Shown piece by piece: positions 19,240-27,720 of a DNA stretch of 45,255 bases. Each line of letters begins with the position of its first letter. Within the stretch, counting starts at the first letter, position 1. Source of the stretch: a virus; the IMG/VR virus record IMGVR_UViG_3300028588_000003, positions 1 to 45,255 of that record; one strand, given 5' to 3'. The notes beneath the pieces were generated by a model. The model ran no database searches. It was not told the origin of the DNA and saw only the letters and a program-made list of their open reading frames with translations. Both the position numbers and the translations under genes were made by a program.

Positions 19240-19766
19240 TGGCACCTCTTATCGCCGCCGGCCTATCCCTGGCCGCCAAGTACGCGCCAGACGTCATCCG
19301 GCACTTCTCGAACAACGACACCGCGGCGACCGTCGCCGGCCAGGTGATCGGCATCGCTCAGACTGTGACCGGCACGAAAACGCCCGAGGCGGCTGACCAG
19401 GCGCTGGCCCTGAACCCCGAGCTGGCGATGCAGTTCCAGATGGCGGTGATGGCCAGCGACGCCGACCTGGTGAAAGCTTATCTGGGCGACACGCAAAGCG
19501 CCCGCGCGCGCGACGTCGACCTGGCGAAGGCTGGCATCGTCAACTACCGGGCGAATGTGATGGCGAGCGCCGCGCTGCTGCTGGTTCTCCTGTGCTTGGC
19601 GGTGGTGATCTGGAATTCCGACGCTAACGAGTTCGCGAAGGCCACGATCAGCCTGATCCTAGGCCGCGCCCTGGGCTGGGTCGAGCAGCTGTTCTCCTTC
19701 GAGTTCGGCACGACGCGTGCGAGTAAGGCGAAGGACGATACGATCAACCGGCTGTCGGGGAGCTGA
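19239..19766 (+). CDS. Holin, 3TM (GTA-holin-like) family candidate
   Basis: N-terminus MAPLIAAGLSLAAKYAPDVI, DTQSARARD motif, hydrophobic AALLLVLLCLAVVIW. ATG overlaps the endolysin stop. Confidence 0.55.
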   Translation: MAPLIAAGLSLAAKYAPDVIRHFSNNDTAATVAGQVIGIAQTVTGTKTPEAADQALALNPELAMQFQMAVMASDADLVKAYLGDTQSARARDVDLAKAGIVNYRANVMASAALLLVLLCLAVVIWNSDANEFAKATISLILGRALGWVEQLFSFEFGTTRASKAKDDTINRLSGS

Positions 19767-20008
19767 CCGGCATCGGCGGCTTGCCGCGCCGGCGTGCGGG
19801 GTGCAACAGTACCCGGTGCGCCAGCTCGAGCGGTAAGCCGAACTCAAACAGCGCCCGAGCCCCGGCGGCGACGCCGTGCGACGACGAGAGGTTGATGGCG
19901 AGGTCTACCTGGAGCGCCGCTAGGCGGTCGGATCGTGTGTGCATCGCGAAATGGTAGCACGCGGCGCCGGCCGGACTTGCGCCAGCTCGACGGCGCTACA
20001 CTCGGCCC

Positions 20009-20302
20009 ATGTACGGAAAAGTGAAACAACTGCGGCGCGCCGGCAAGCGCCTGTCGGATCACGACATCGCCCGGTCGGAATATATCGAGGGCGAGGTGCG
20101 CGTCTACGTCCTGGCCGGCGTCATCATGGCGAACGTAAGCGACCCAAATTCGCAAGTCGGCGAACCGCTGCTGGCCGCGCTCTACGACGCGAAGCTGGTC
20201 ACGATGCACGGTCACGGCATGCTGTTCAGGGGCGAGGAGCGGCCGCAGGGCGACGCCGGACCGGCGTACATCCAGGAGTGGTCGGTGATGGTCGAGGGTT
20301 AG
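20009..20302 (+). CDS. Hypothetical cargo protein (97 aa)
   Basis: Strong GC3 bias on the plus strand; the antisense 123-aa ORF is a shadow. Located after the lysis genes near attP. Confidence 0.6.
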   Translation: MYGKVKQLRRAGKRLSDHDIARSEYIEGEVRVYVLAGVIMANVSDPNSQVGEPLLAALYDAKLVTMHGHGMLFRGEERPQGDAGPAYIQEWSVMVEG

Positions 20303-20307
20303 GGCAT

Positions 20308-20622
20308 CTAACCGTTGCCTTTTGCGCTGTCAAACATCGCTTCTAAGATCGTAAGCGCCTCTATTATCCCTTTCTCTCTGATCAAAGCCACGGTTATAGC
20401 GATTCCCTCGCGCAATCCTTCGGCCTTCGCATCTTCTAACTGCTTGCGACGGCGATCTGCCCCCACATCGACTGCCGGCTCAAATTTGGCTCCAGGCACG
20501 TTGGCCAATGCGGTCCCGCGCCACTTCTCAACCGCATTCTGCAGTCTCTGATTCAACGCTCGATCAAACTCCGCTTGTTCCTCTGGCGGCTTCGGCGGCT
20601 GTGCCAAATCTTCAATGTTCAT
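20308..20622 (-). CDS. Hypothetical cargo protein (104 aa), lower GC
   Basis: AGGGGT RBS before the ATG. Protein-like charged helical sequence. Convergent with the 97-aa ORF. Confidence 0.6.
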   Translation of the reverse strand: MNIEDLAQPPKPPEEQAEFDRALNQRLQNAVEKWRGTALANVPGAKFEPAVDVGADRRRKQLEDAKAEGLREGIAITVALIREKGIIEALTILEAMFDSAKGNG

Positions 20623-20669
20623 CGATTACCCCTGCTTTTCAGACTCATCGGACGAAAAAAAACAGCGCG

Positions 20670-20695
20670 GATATTATCGCGACGATAATATACAG
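20670..20695. repeat. Putative integrase arm-type sites, P arm (GATATTATCG + CGATAATATACAG)
   Basis: ATATTATCG-CGA-CGATAATAT inverted pair. GATAATATACAG recurs at 20841-20852 and GATATTATCG at 20902-20911. Confidence 0.55.
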
Positions 20696-20739
20696 CACTG
20701 TCTATGTGTACAGCTTTTGTTGTAACTATTTGATTTTGT

Positions 20740-20787
<48 letters not shown>

Positions 20788-20839
20788 GCGACCGCAACCC
20801 AGAGCAGCCCGCATGGATGCTACGTTTCAGCATGCGACC

Positions 20840-20912
20840 CGATAATATACAGTAGTCCGTTTTCGACTGATTTGCGGGGCAGCGTCCGACCTTTTGCGTC
20901 CGATATTATCGG
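20840..20912. repeat. Putative integrase arm-type sites, P' arm (CGATAATATACAG at 20840-20852; palindrome CCGATATTATCGG at 20900-20912)
   Basis: Direct repeat of the 20683-20695 motif, plus a 13-bp palindrome overlapping the integrase stop codon. Confidence 0.55.
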
Positions 20913-22051
20913 GCTTTCCAGGGCAGTTTCATGTCGATCGCGGACGTCGTCGGCACCGCTTCCTTGATGTAGATTTCCGATGTCTTGCTGCTCGTGTGCA
21001 CGAGACGATTCTGGATTTCTGCCATCGTCTTCCCTTGCTTCGCCGCGTCCGTGGCGCCCAGCGCCCGTAGATCCTTGAACTGGATCATTGCGCCGAACTC
21101 CCTGCCTTCCTCCTTCGCCGCTGCGACTGCGCGCTCGCGAGCTCGATCCCACATCGTAATCAGCCCCGTCCTTGCATAGGGCGTCCCTTTTCGTGTCGGA
21201 AACAAGTACGGGCTGATCAGCTTCCTGGAGCGCTTCAGGGCGCGTGCGCGCTCGATGACCTCGCGGATCTCCGCGGTGATCGTGATATCCACCTGCAGGC
21301 CACTGCTCTTCTTCGTCTTCGACGGCTTCAGGCTGATGCGACCGCCGCCGCCCGGCAGGTCTTCGATCTGGGCTTCCTTGAGCGTCCGGATATCGACCGC
21401 GCGCGCCCACAGCAGGTAAGTCATGTCCACGATGCACGCGAACATCGGGCCGCTCTGCGTAGGCTTTCCGTCGACACCCACGAAACCCGCCGCACGAATT
21501 GCCGCGACCTGGTCGTGCGTGGCCAGCACCTCGCGCCGGCTCACCTCGAATTCGCCCAGGTCGATCTGGTCCATCGGATTGTCCTGGCGCAGGCCCAGCA
21601 CGCCGATCGCGTATCGGAACAGCTTCCCCAGCAGCGCGCTGTACTTGCGAGCGGTGTTTGCCTTGTCCGCGAAGTTATTGCGGAGGAAGTCCGCACATGC
21701 CTTCGTGGTCACCTGGGCGACCGTGAAGGCCTCGAAGTCGTCCGCGATCACATCCAGGAACCGCGTGTACTGGTCCTGCGTCTCCTGCGTGTACTTGCCC
21801 AGCTTCTTGGCCTTGAATTCCGCACACAGGTGCACCATCGTCCCCTCGGTCGCGAGCTTGTCGCTCTTGAGCACCGAGAGCGCCGACAGCATGGCGGCCT
21901 CGCCCTCTTCGACGCTGGCCAGGCGGATCCAGAACTTCATCTTGCCGTCGGCCGGGTCGCGGATCTTCTCGGGCGCCATGAATTTGTAGGCGCCGTCCTT
22001 GATATAGACCCGGGCCGGCAGGCCGCGCCCGGTCTTTCGTTTTCGATTCAT
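20906..22051 (-). CDS. int: Tyrosine integrase
   Basis: 381 aa from MNRKRKTGRGLP. The C-terminal catalytic region FKDLRALGATDAAKQG...LVHTSSKTSEIYIKE has the H..Y box. Adjacent to the tRNA-derived att core. Confidence 0.88.
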   Translation of the reverse strand: MNRKRKTGRGLPARVYIKDGAYKFMAPEKIRDPADGKMKFWIRLASVEEGEAAMLSALSVLKSDKLATEGTMVHLCAEFKAKKLGKYTQETQDQYTRFLDVIADDFEAFTVAQVTTKACADFLRNNFADKANTARKYSALLGKLFRYAIGVLGLRQDNPMDQIDLGEFEVSRREVLATHDQVAAIRAAGFVGVDGKPTQSGPMFACIVDMTYLLWARAVDIRTLKEAQIEDLPGGGGRISLKPSKTKKSSGLQVDITITAEIREVIERARALKRSRKLISPYLFPTRKGTPYARTGLITMWDRARERAVAAAKEEGREFGAMIQFKDLRALGATDAAKQGKTMAEIQNRLVHTSSKTSEIYIKEAVPTTSAIDMKLPWKAR

Positions 22052-22278
22052 CGTCTCGCTGATTTCAGTTGTGGTCCGTCGTTCGCCGGCGCGCCTGCGC
22101 CAGGCAGTGAGCCGGGCACCGTGACGTACATTCGCAGCACGCACACGGTGTTGTCCACGCGCCGCGTGGCCGGGATCCTCATCCGCTCGAGCTCGCGCAG
22201 CTGCTCTTTCGCGCGCTTGCAATGCGTGAGGCCGTATATCTCTTCTGGCGACAGCGCCAGGTCATTCGAATTCGGCAT
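22048..22278 (-). CDS. xis: DUF4224-like excisionase candidate
   Basis: LSPEEIYGLTHCKRAKEQLRELERMRIPATRRVDNTVCVLR matches the DUF4224 pattern. ATGA overlap with int. Confidence 0.6.
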   Translation of the reverse strand: MPNSNDLALSPEEIYGLTHCKRAKEQLRELERMRIPATRRVDNTVCVLRMYVTVPGSLPGAGAPANDGPQLKSARR

Positions 22279-22907
22279 TATCCGATCTCCTTCTCCGCTT
22301 CGGCCAGGGCCACATTCAATTCCGACATCGCGGCGTCGCTGCCGCCGTTGCGGTCGGGGTGGTGCACGGCGGCCAAGCTGCGGAAGCGCCGGCGCAGCTC
22401 GTCGCGCGATGGCGTCGACGCGCCGAAGCCCAATACCTCGCGCCAGGTGCGCGCCGTCGTAGGGGCCGGCAGTGCCGTGAACCCGGTGAATGCACGCTCG
22501 AGCACACGCGCGCCGCCGTGCCGCTCGATCGCACGCATGGCGTCCAGCGTCGCCGCAATGGCGGCAAGGTTTTCCTCCACCTTCCAGTACTGGTCGATCG
22601 CCATCACGCGGCGGTCGCCCTTGCGGGTCTGCCAGTAGACGGCAGCGCCGGCGTCACGCACCGCAGCCTGGCGGGACAGCGGCAGCCCATCCTGGCGCAG
22701 CGCCAGATTGGTCGAGATCACGATGTCGCGGCGATCGACGCCCATGCGTCCCAGTTCACCGAGAACCCGGTGGACGGCCTCGGCCACCGTGATATCGGTC
22801 ACGCGCGTGGCCGCGCCCTTCTTGCTGCCGAAGTTGCTGTACCGCTGCTGGCCCCATGGCGTGCGCGGCCAGCCTTCCGGCCACTGGAGCGGGTAGGCGG
22901 GAATCAC
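22278..22907 (-). CDS. J-domain (DnaJ-like) protein with unknown N-terminal domain
   Basis: The C-terminus WREVLGFGASTPSRDELRRRFRSLAAVHHPDRNGG carries the HPD motif. GTG start overlaps the upstream stop (GTGA). Confidence 0.7.
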   Translation of the reverse strand: MIPAYPLQWPEGWPRTPWGQQRYSNFGSKKGAATRVTDITVAEAVHRVLGELGRMGVDRRDIVISTNLALRQDGLPLSRQAAVRDAGAAVYWQTRKGDRRVMAIDQYWKVEENLAAIAATLDAMRAIERHGGARVLERAFTGFTALPAPTTARTWREVLGFGASTPSRDELRRRFRSLAAVHHPDRNGGSDAAMSELNVALAEAEKEIG

Positions 22908-23341
22908 GATGCACCGCCTTCCTTGCGCGGTGCCATCGGCACGCCAGTGTCCATCGCGTGGCGCAGCGCCGCCGCGGCCTGGCCGGACAGCGTGACGGGC
23001 TTCCCGGCCTCCGCCGCAGCCTGCAGCCAGCGCCGGATCGTGACCAGGTCGGGTGAGTCGACCACCAGCGGGCCATCGGTGCCAGGCTCGAGCTCATCGA
23101 AGGACAGCACCGGGGCTGGCGGATCGCCGGCGCGACGGCCGCCCAGCATCGGCTCGCGCGAGTTGGCGCGCAGCAGCTGGCCGACCCTGTCCAGGGCGCC
23201 GAGCACGATCACGCTGGGCGGCACGCTGGCCGGGATCTCGATCGCGATGCCGTCGCTGCCGGCGGCGCGCAGCAGGTCGCGGGCGGCGGCCACCAAGCCG
23301 GATTTGTATGGGGCGAGCAGTTCGGGTGGGGTTTGGTTCAT
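22904..23341 (-). CDS. Hypothetical protein (145 aa)
   Basis: High-GC3 ORF in the leftward operon with an AAAGG RBS. Confidence 0.6.
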   Translation of the reverse strand: MNQTPPELLAPYKSGLVAAARDLLRAAGSDGIAIEIPASVPPSVIVLGALDRVGQLLRANSREPMLGGRRAGDPPAPVLSFDELEPGTDGPLVVDSPDLVTIRRWLQAAAEAGKPVTLSGQAAAALRHAMDTGVPMAPRKEGGAS

Positions 23342-23414
23342 CTGTGACCTTTCGTTAGTAATTCAGCATGAGAGCCGTGCTACGATTCAGAAATTTTTCG
23401 ACTTTGAGGTACTC

Positions 23415-24071
23415 GTGCATCAGAAAATTCAGGACTGGGGATTCGCGTTGCTGGCGCTCGCTATTGGTCTTCTCGCGCTGATTGGTGTGCTGCTCTTCGC
23501 CTGGCACGTCGAAGACGCGACACCCTGGAAAAGTATGGAAGCCGGCGACTGGGGTGTTTGGGTAGGCTCGATCGGCACAATGCTCGCGTTCGGCGGCACC
23601 ATCTGGCTTGCAAGAAGCGATCGCCGCCAGCGAAAACGTGAGGAGCGAGATTTGGCAATGGTCACCTTGGCTGGTCTCAGCCTTCGAATGGGAGCTGTTG
23701 AATCGGCGTTGAGGCTTATAGGTCAAGCTATGGCAAATGACATCGCCAAAGGCAACGTTACCGACTATCAGAAGCTGCTCGAGTTCATTCGAAGCTCGGA
23801 TCCCTGGGTGCCAAGCGAGCTCACGGCACTGGTCTGCTTGGAGCGTCATCTGGCCGCTCGACTCGCGCTGATTAGTGCAGAAGTCGATACGATCGTGGCA
23901 GTCCTGGAAGACGCACTCAAGCTCAAGACCTACAAGAATCCTGTCGAGTGCGCGAAACTGAATCACCAAGCTTCGCGACTGATGGCGAAAACTGGGAAAT
24001 CTCTGGAGCATGCCTATATTGACAGCATGACTTTTCTCCAAAATTCCGGAGTCGAGGAATACTTGAGGTAG
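23415..24071 (+). CDS. Two-TM membrane protein (218 aa), opposite-strand moron in a lower-GC patch
   Basis: GAGG RBS then GTG 23415. TM helices WGFALLALAIGLLALIGVLLFAW and WGVWVGSIGTMLAFGGTIWLA, then an RSDRRQRKREERD stop-transfer and a helical domain. The antisense 336-aa ORF is Cys/His/Gln-rich and unprotein-like. Confidence 0.65.
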   Translation: MHQKIQDWGFALLALAIGLLALIGVLLFAWHVEDATPWKSMEAGDWGVWVGSIGTMLAFGGTIWLARSDRRQRKREERDLAMVTLAGLSLRMGAVESALRLIGQAMANDIAKGNVTDYQKLLEFIRSSDPWVPSELTALVCLERHLAARLALISAEVDTIVAVLEDALKLKTYKNPVECAKLNHQASRLMAKTGKSLEHAYIDSMTFLQNSGVEEYLR

Positions 24072-24100
24072 TTGGATTGTAGTGCTCATATCCGATTTGC

Positions 24101-25903
24101 TCAGCAACCCGGCATCGTCAGCGCCAGCGCGACGTTCCGCACCCAGATCGGCGTAGCGCTGAGCACGAAGGTCTCGCCACCCCACGCCAGCAGCAGCGTC
24201 GTACCCATCACCTCCGCGATCGCGGTCGCCGCATCCGGCGGCACCAGGTTGCCGATATGTTCGCGCCACACGCTGTCGCTTGCGCCGTCCAGCAGCAGGT
24301 ATTCCTCGGGTTCGATCAGCGACTGCAGTGCGGCCAGCTCGAGCGTGGTGAACGGCCGGTGCCAAGTGCCGTCCAGCGCGCGGATGATCGCGACGGTCTT
24401 CTGGTCCAGCGCCGGCAGCGCGCGCGGGTCGGCGACCGACCAGCGGCCGTTGTCCTGGCGCGCGGCCGCGCTCACGGCGCCGCTCGGCGAATCCCAGGGC
24501 ACCACCCCGTAATGCCCGCCGCCGAAGAACGCGTCACCGGCGCCGCGGTTCCCATTCAGGCTGGAGCGCGGGTCCGCGACGGCGAACGCGCCCTGGCCCG
24601 TGGTGCTGGCGCCGATCACGGTGCCAGCCGCTTGGTCGAACGGCGTGACCAGGTACTTGCCGGCGCCATCGAATGCGCTGGTCGACCGTGGGTCGGCCAC
24701 GCCGTACGCGCCCGAGTCGTCACCACCAATGACTGTGCCGGTGCGGCGATCCCATCTGGTGATCGCGTACTTACCAAACAGGTCGCGCGCCGGTGGACGC
24801 GGATCCTGAACCGCGAATGTCCCCTGCCCTGGACTTTTCACGTTGATGACCGCCCCCATGGACTCGTCCCAGCCGCAAAGGCCATACTGTCCGCAGTCGT
24901 ACTTGCCTGAGTCGAAGCGTGGGTCGGCCACCGAAAAGTTTCCGTTCATCGGCATGCCGCGGCTGGTGATGGTTCCGATCGGCTCCTCCCACTCGTTCAC
25001 GCCCAGCACGCCGCGGTGCATATCGGGCACGATCAGGTAGTCGCGAAGGTGCCCGTTCTCCACCGCCAGTCGGTTCAGGCTGCGCCAGTCGCTACCGGCC
25101 TCGACAAATGCCAGGCGCACCCAGGTCTTCCACTGCAAGCGCGGAATGCGGTGCATCGGGCCGCCGGCCTGGTCCCCAGGGAACGGCATGCGACCGAGCA
25201 CGTCGCCGACGGCGCGCAGGCGCTTCTTCTCCGGTTCGTACAGGAACGGCGGAACCTTCTCGGCGTGGCGTGCCACCAGCAGGAAGCGCTTGCGCGACTG
25301 GGCCAGGCCGCCCAACTCACCGCAGTCGTGGGTGGTCTCGGCCACCGCGTAGCCGAAGCGCTGCAGCAGCAGGGTGATCTGGTCCAGCAGGTGCCGGCCG
25401 CGCGACGCCAGGCGGGGCACGTTCTCGAACACGATCAGGTCGACCGGGTCGTCGGCCCAGGCTTCGGCCATCAGCCAGATGCAACGCAGCGTCAGCTCGT
25501 TGAGCGCCTGGTACTTCGCCGTCTGGCTCTTCTTCTCCGAGAGCAGGCCGGACGCGCCTTTGCACGGGCTGCTGATGAACACGATGTTCGGGCGCTCGTT
25601 GCCGGCGGCGCGCCGGATATCGGAGGGGCCCATTTCGCGCCAGTCGGCCGGCGGTTCCTTTCCGTGGAAGGCAGTGTGCTGTTCGCGGCTGAACAGGTCC
25701 ATCACGGTGCCAGGCACGCCAGCAATGCGGTTGAAGTCGCGGATCGCTGCAGGCGACACGTCGACGCCGCCCAGGCAGCGGAAACGTGCGGCGACGGCGC
25801 CGACACGCGGATTCGCCTTGTTGAAGCCTTTGGCGCCGCCGCCGATACCGCAGCAGAAGTGGAAGTGGGTGACCTCGCGGGTCAGGGTTGCGTCACGCGG
25901 CAT
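24101..25903 (-). CDS. DNA (cytosine-5)-methyltransferase with expanded repeat-containing variable region
   Basis: Motif I FCCGIGGG, motif IV SSPCKGAS, motif VI FENVPRL, motif X GNLVPP. AAGGAA RBS before ATG 25903. Confidence 0.85.
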   Translation of the reverse strand: MPRDATLTREVTHFHFCCGIGGGAKGFNKANPRVGAVAARFRCLGGVDVSPAAIRDFNRIAGVPGTVMDLFSREQHTAFHGKEPPADWREMGPSDIRRAAGNERPNIVFISSPCKGASGLLSEKKSQTAKYQALNELTLRCIWLMAEAWADDPVDLIVFENVPRLASRGRHLLDQITLLLQRFGYAVAETTHDCGELGGLAQSRKRFLLVARHAEKVPPFLYEPEKKRLRAVGDVLGRMPFPGDQAGGPMHRIPRLQWKTWVRLAFVEAGSDWRSLNRLAVENGHLRDYLIVPDMHRGVLGVNEWEEPIGTITSRGMPMNGNFSVADPRFDSGKYDCGQYGLCGWDESMGAVINVKSPGQGTFAVQDPRPPARDLFGKYAITRWDRRTGTVIGGDDSGAYGVADPRSTSAFDGAGKYLVTPFDQAAGTVIGASTTGQGAFAVADPRSSLNGNRGAGDAFFGGGHYGVVPWDSPSGAVSAAARQDNGRWSVADPRALPALDQKTVAIIRALDGTWHRPFTTLELAALQSLIEPEEYLLLDGASDSVWREHIGNLVPPDAATAIAEVMGTTLLLAWGGETFVLSATPIWVRNVALALTMPGC

Positions 25904-26312
25904 GCTGCATTCCTTGGTTGGTAGTGATGGTGGCCGGCCCGAACAGCGCCGCGATAAGTGGGTCCCGCCGCATCCCGAGCTGGCGCGCCGGGCCAATTCC
26001 ACGCTTCGGCGCGAAGTACTCGTCCAGCGCCTCATCTGGTGTCGGCAGCGCCGGATCGGCGCCCAGCTCCCACAGGATCCAGGAACCGTCCTTCTCGCCG
26101 GACGGCCGCACGGTGCGTCGGTTCTTGTGCATGTAGCGCAGGTAGTTGGCCAGCGTGGCGCGGATGCCTTCGCATCCGTCGAAGAGCTCATGGGCCGTCT
26201 TGCGCCCTTCCCGGAGCAGCGCTTCCATCTTGGCCACGGCGTCGGCGCGCGCGGCCAGCTGCTGCTCCTTCGTCCGGGGCTGGAATGGCAGGTGATCTGG
26301 TCCGCGCGCCAT
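25893..26312 (-). CDS. Hypothetical protein (139 aa)
   Basis: High-GC3 ORF tightly packed in the leftward operon. Confidence 0.6.
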   Translation of the reverse strand: MARGPDHLPFQPRTKEQQLAARADAVAKMEALLREGRKTAHELFDGCEGIRATLANYLRYMHKNRRTVRPSGEKDGSWILWELGADPALPTPDEALDEYFAPKRGIGPARQLGMRRDPLIAALFGPATITTNQGMQHAA

Positions 26313-26314
26313 GA

Positions 26315-27187
26315 TCAGTACCTCCTCGCATGGCTGCGGGCGGCCTGGACATCGGCCGCGAGCTGCTGGTCACTGGCCGTCGCGTACAGCGCGCCGTAGC
26401 TCCAGGTGGTGTCGCGGAACACGCGCCCATCTTCGAAGTCGCGCGTGCAGCCGAGCACGTCGGCTGCGATGTCCTTGTCCTCGTTGTCGCGGATCGTAAA
26501 GCGCGCCAGCGCAGCTTCGACGGCGCCGCATCCGTCGCTCCAGTCGCCGCGCACGTCTTCCATGGCTACAGCCAGGTCCAGACGCTGATCGCGGCCACGC
26601 AGGGCTTCCAGCACTTCATCCCATTCCGACTCGATCGGCAGGCTGTATCGCTGAATGATGGTTACTAGGGCGAGATCGGCCTTCCGCTTCTCAATCCGCT
26701 CGGTTTCGGCACGTTCAGCGGCCGCGCGCGCCTTCTCGGCCTCTACCTTCGCAGAGGCTTCGTACTCGCGGTAGCGCGCCAGCAGGCTGTTGTACGTGCT
26801 GGTGGCGGAGGCAAATCCATCGTCCGTTCGGCACTCGCGCACCAGGTCTGCCAGGTAGCCGGCCGAAGAGGTGATGTTTTTGGGGAAGCGTGAACGCGAC
26901 TTCGTATCGCGCTGCGACCAGCTGCGAGGCATGCCGATGCTGTCCATTACCGCTTCTACGTGGGCGCGCACCGCCGCGTTGTTCTCGATCGCCGGCAGAT
27001 TCCGCTCATGCATGGCAACGTCAGCGGCGCGCGCCGCCTCCAGCGCCCGCATCGCATATGCCGCGACCTGGTCGATCGACGGATTCCGGTGCGCGTTAAT
27101 GTGCGAAGCGTAGCTCTGGGGCGACGACATGCATTTACCGACGGCGCCGCACTGCTCGAGCGGCATGATCTTCAGTGCGGCATCCAT
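26315..27187 (-). CDS. Hypothetical protein (290 aa)
   Basis: Start chosen at ATG 27187, just after the upstream stop at 27190. The longer track ORF upstream of that is Arg-rich shadow sequence. Confidence 0.6.
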   Translation of the reverse strand: MDAALKIMPLEQCGAVGKCMSSPQSYASHINAHRNPSIDQVAAYAMRALEAARAADVAMHERNLPAIENNAAVRAHVEAVMDSIGMPRSWSQRDTKSRSRFPKNITSSAGYLADLVRECRTDDGFASATSTYNSLLARYREYEASAKVEAEKARAAAERAETERIEKRKADLALVTIIQRYSLPIESEWDEVLEALRGRDQRLDLAVAMEDVRGDWSDGCGAVEAALARFTIRDNEDKDIAADVLGCTRDFEDGRVFRDTTWSYGALYATASDQQLAADVQAARSHARRY

Positions 27188-27189
27188 GA

Positions 27190-27717
27190 TCAAGCCGCCT
27201 TCCGGAAGTTGTCCGGGAACAGGTCGTCGGCCGACTTCGCCTCGGGCGGCGTCAGCACCAGCTCGATGTCGCGCTGGATGAACTCGCACAGCTTGCCGAC
27301 GTCGCGCGGATCCGGGTGCGCGGTGATGCGGAAGGTGATCGCGACCGAACCGCCGTTCATGGCCTCGAAGGCGAAGTGGTCGATCTTCACGTCTTCCAGC
27401 ACGACGTTGCTCTCGCCGCCCATCCCGTAATCCACGATGGCGGTGTAGCCCTCCGCTTCCCAGTCCCACTTGATGGCGCCCATCTTCGGGTAGCGCAGCT
27501 GCGTCAGCGCGTCGGCGTCGCCCAGCTGGTCGACCAGGTCGGGATTCTCGTCCTTCTTGAACAGGTGCTGGCGCAGCTCATGGTGGAAGTGGATCAGCGC
27601 GGTGCTGGGGCAGATCGCCTCGATCTTGAGGTCGAGGGCGGGCTTCGTGTCTTCGCCGTGCTTCTCCGCGCGCGGATTCAGGTTGGCGAGTTTGACGGTC
27701 TGGTCGAGGTCGAACAT
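27190..27717 (-). CDS. Hypothetical protein (175 aa)
   Basis: Protein-like composition in the leftward operon. No motif recognised. Confidence 0.65.
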   Translation of the reverse strand: MFDLDQTVKLANLNPRAEKHGEDTKPALDLKIEAICPSTALIHFHHELRQHLFKKDENPDLVDQLGDADALTQLRYPKMGAIKWDWEAEGYTAIVDYGMGGESNVVLEDVKIDHFAFEAMNGGSVAITFRITAHPDPRDVGKLCEFIQRDIELVLTPPEAKSADDLFPDNFRKAA

Positions 27718-27720
27718 CGG

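Noticed and set aside
19744-19944. 66-aa minus ORF with a faint LysR-like motif (VDLAIN ... HP).
   Set aside because: It is too short, has no RBS, and the resemblance is weak. At most it is a gene remnant. It is mentioned only within the cargo-region finding.
22359-23414. Upstream 352 codons of the 570-aa plus-strand track ORF.
   Set aside because: This part is antisense to the J-domain and 145-aa genes and is Arg/Ala-rich. Only the last 218 codons, from GTG 23415 in the lower-GC patch, look coding.
23355-24365. 336-aa minus-strand ORF overlapping the two-TM moron.
   Set aside because: Its sequence is Cys/His/Gln/Ser-rich without secondary-structure-like periodicity. The plus-strand ORF has two clean TM helices, a basic stop-transfer and an RBS.
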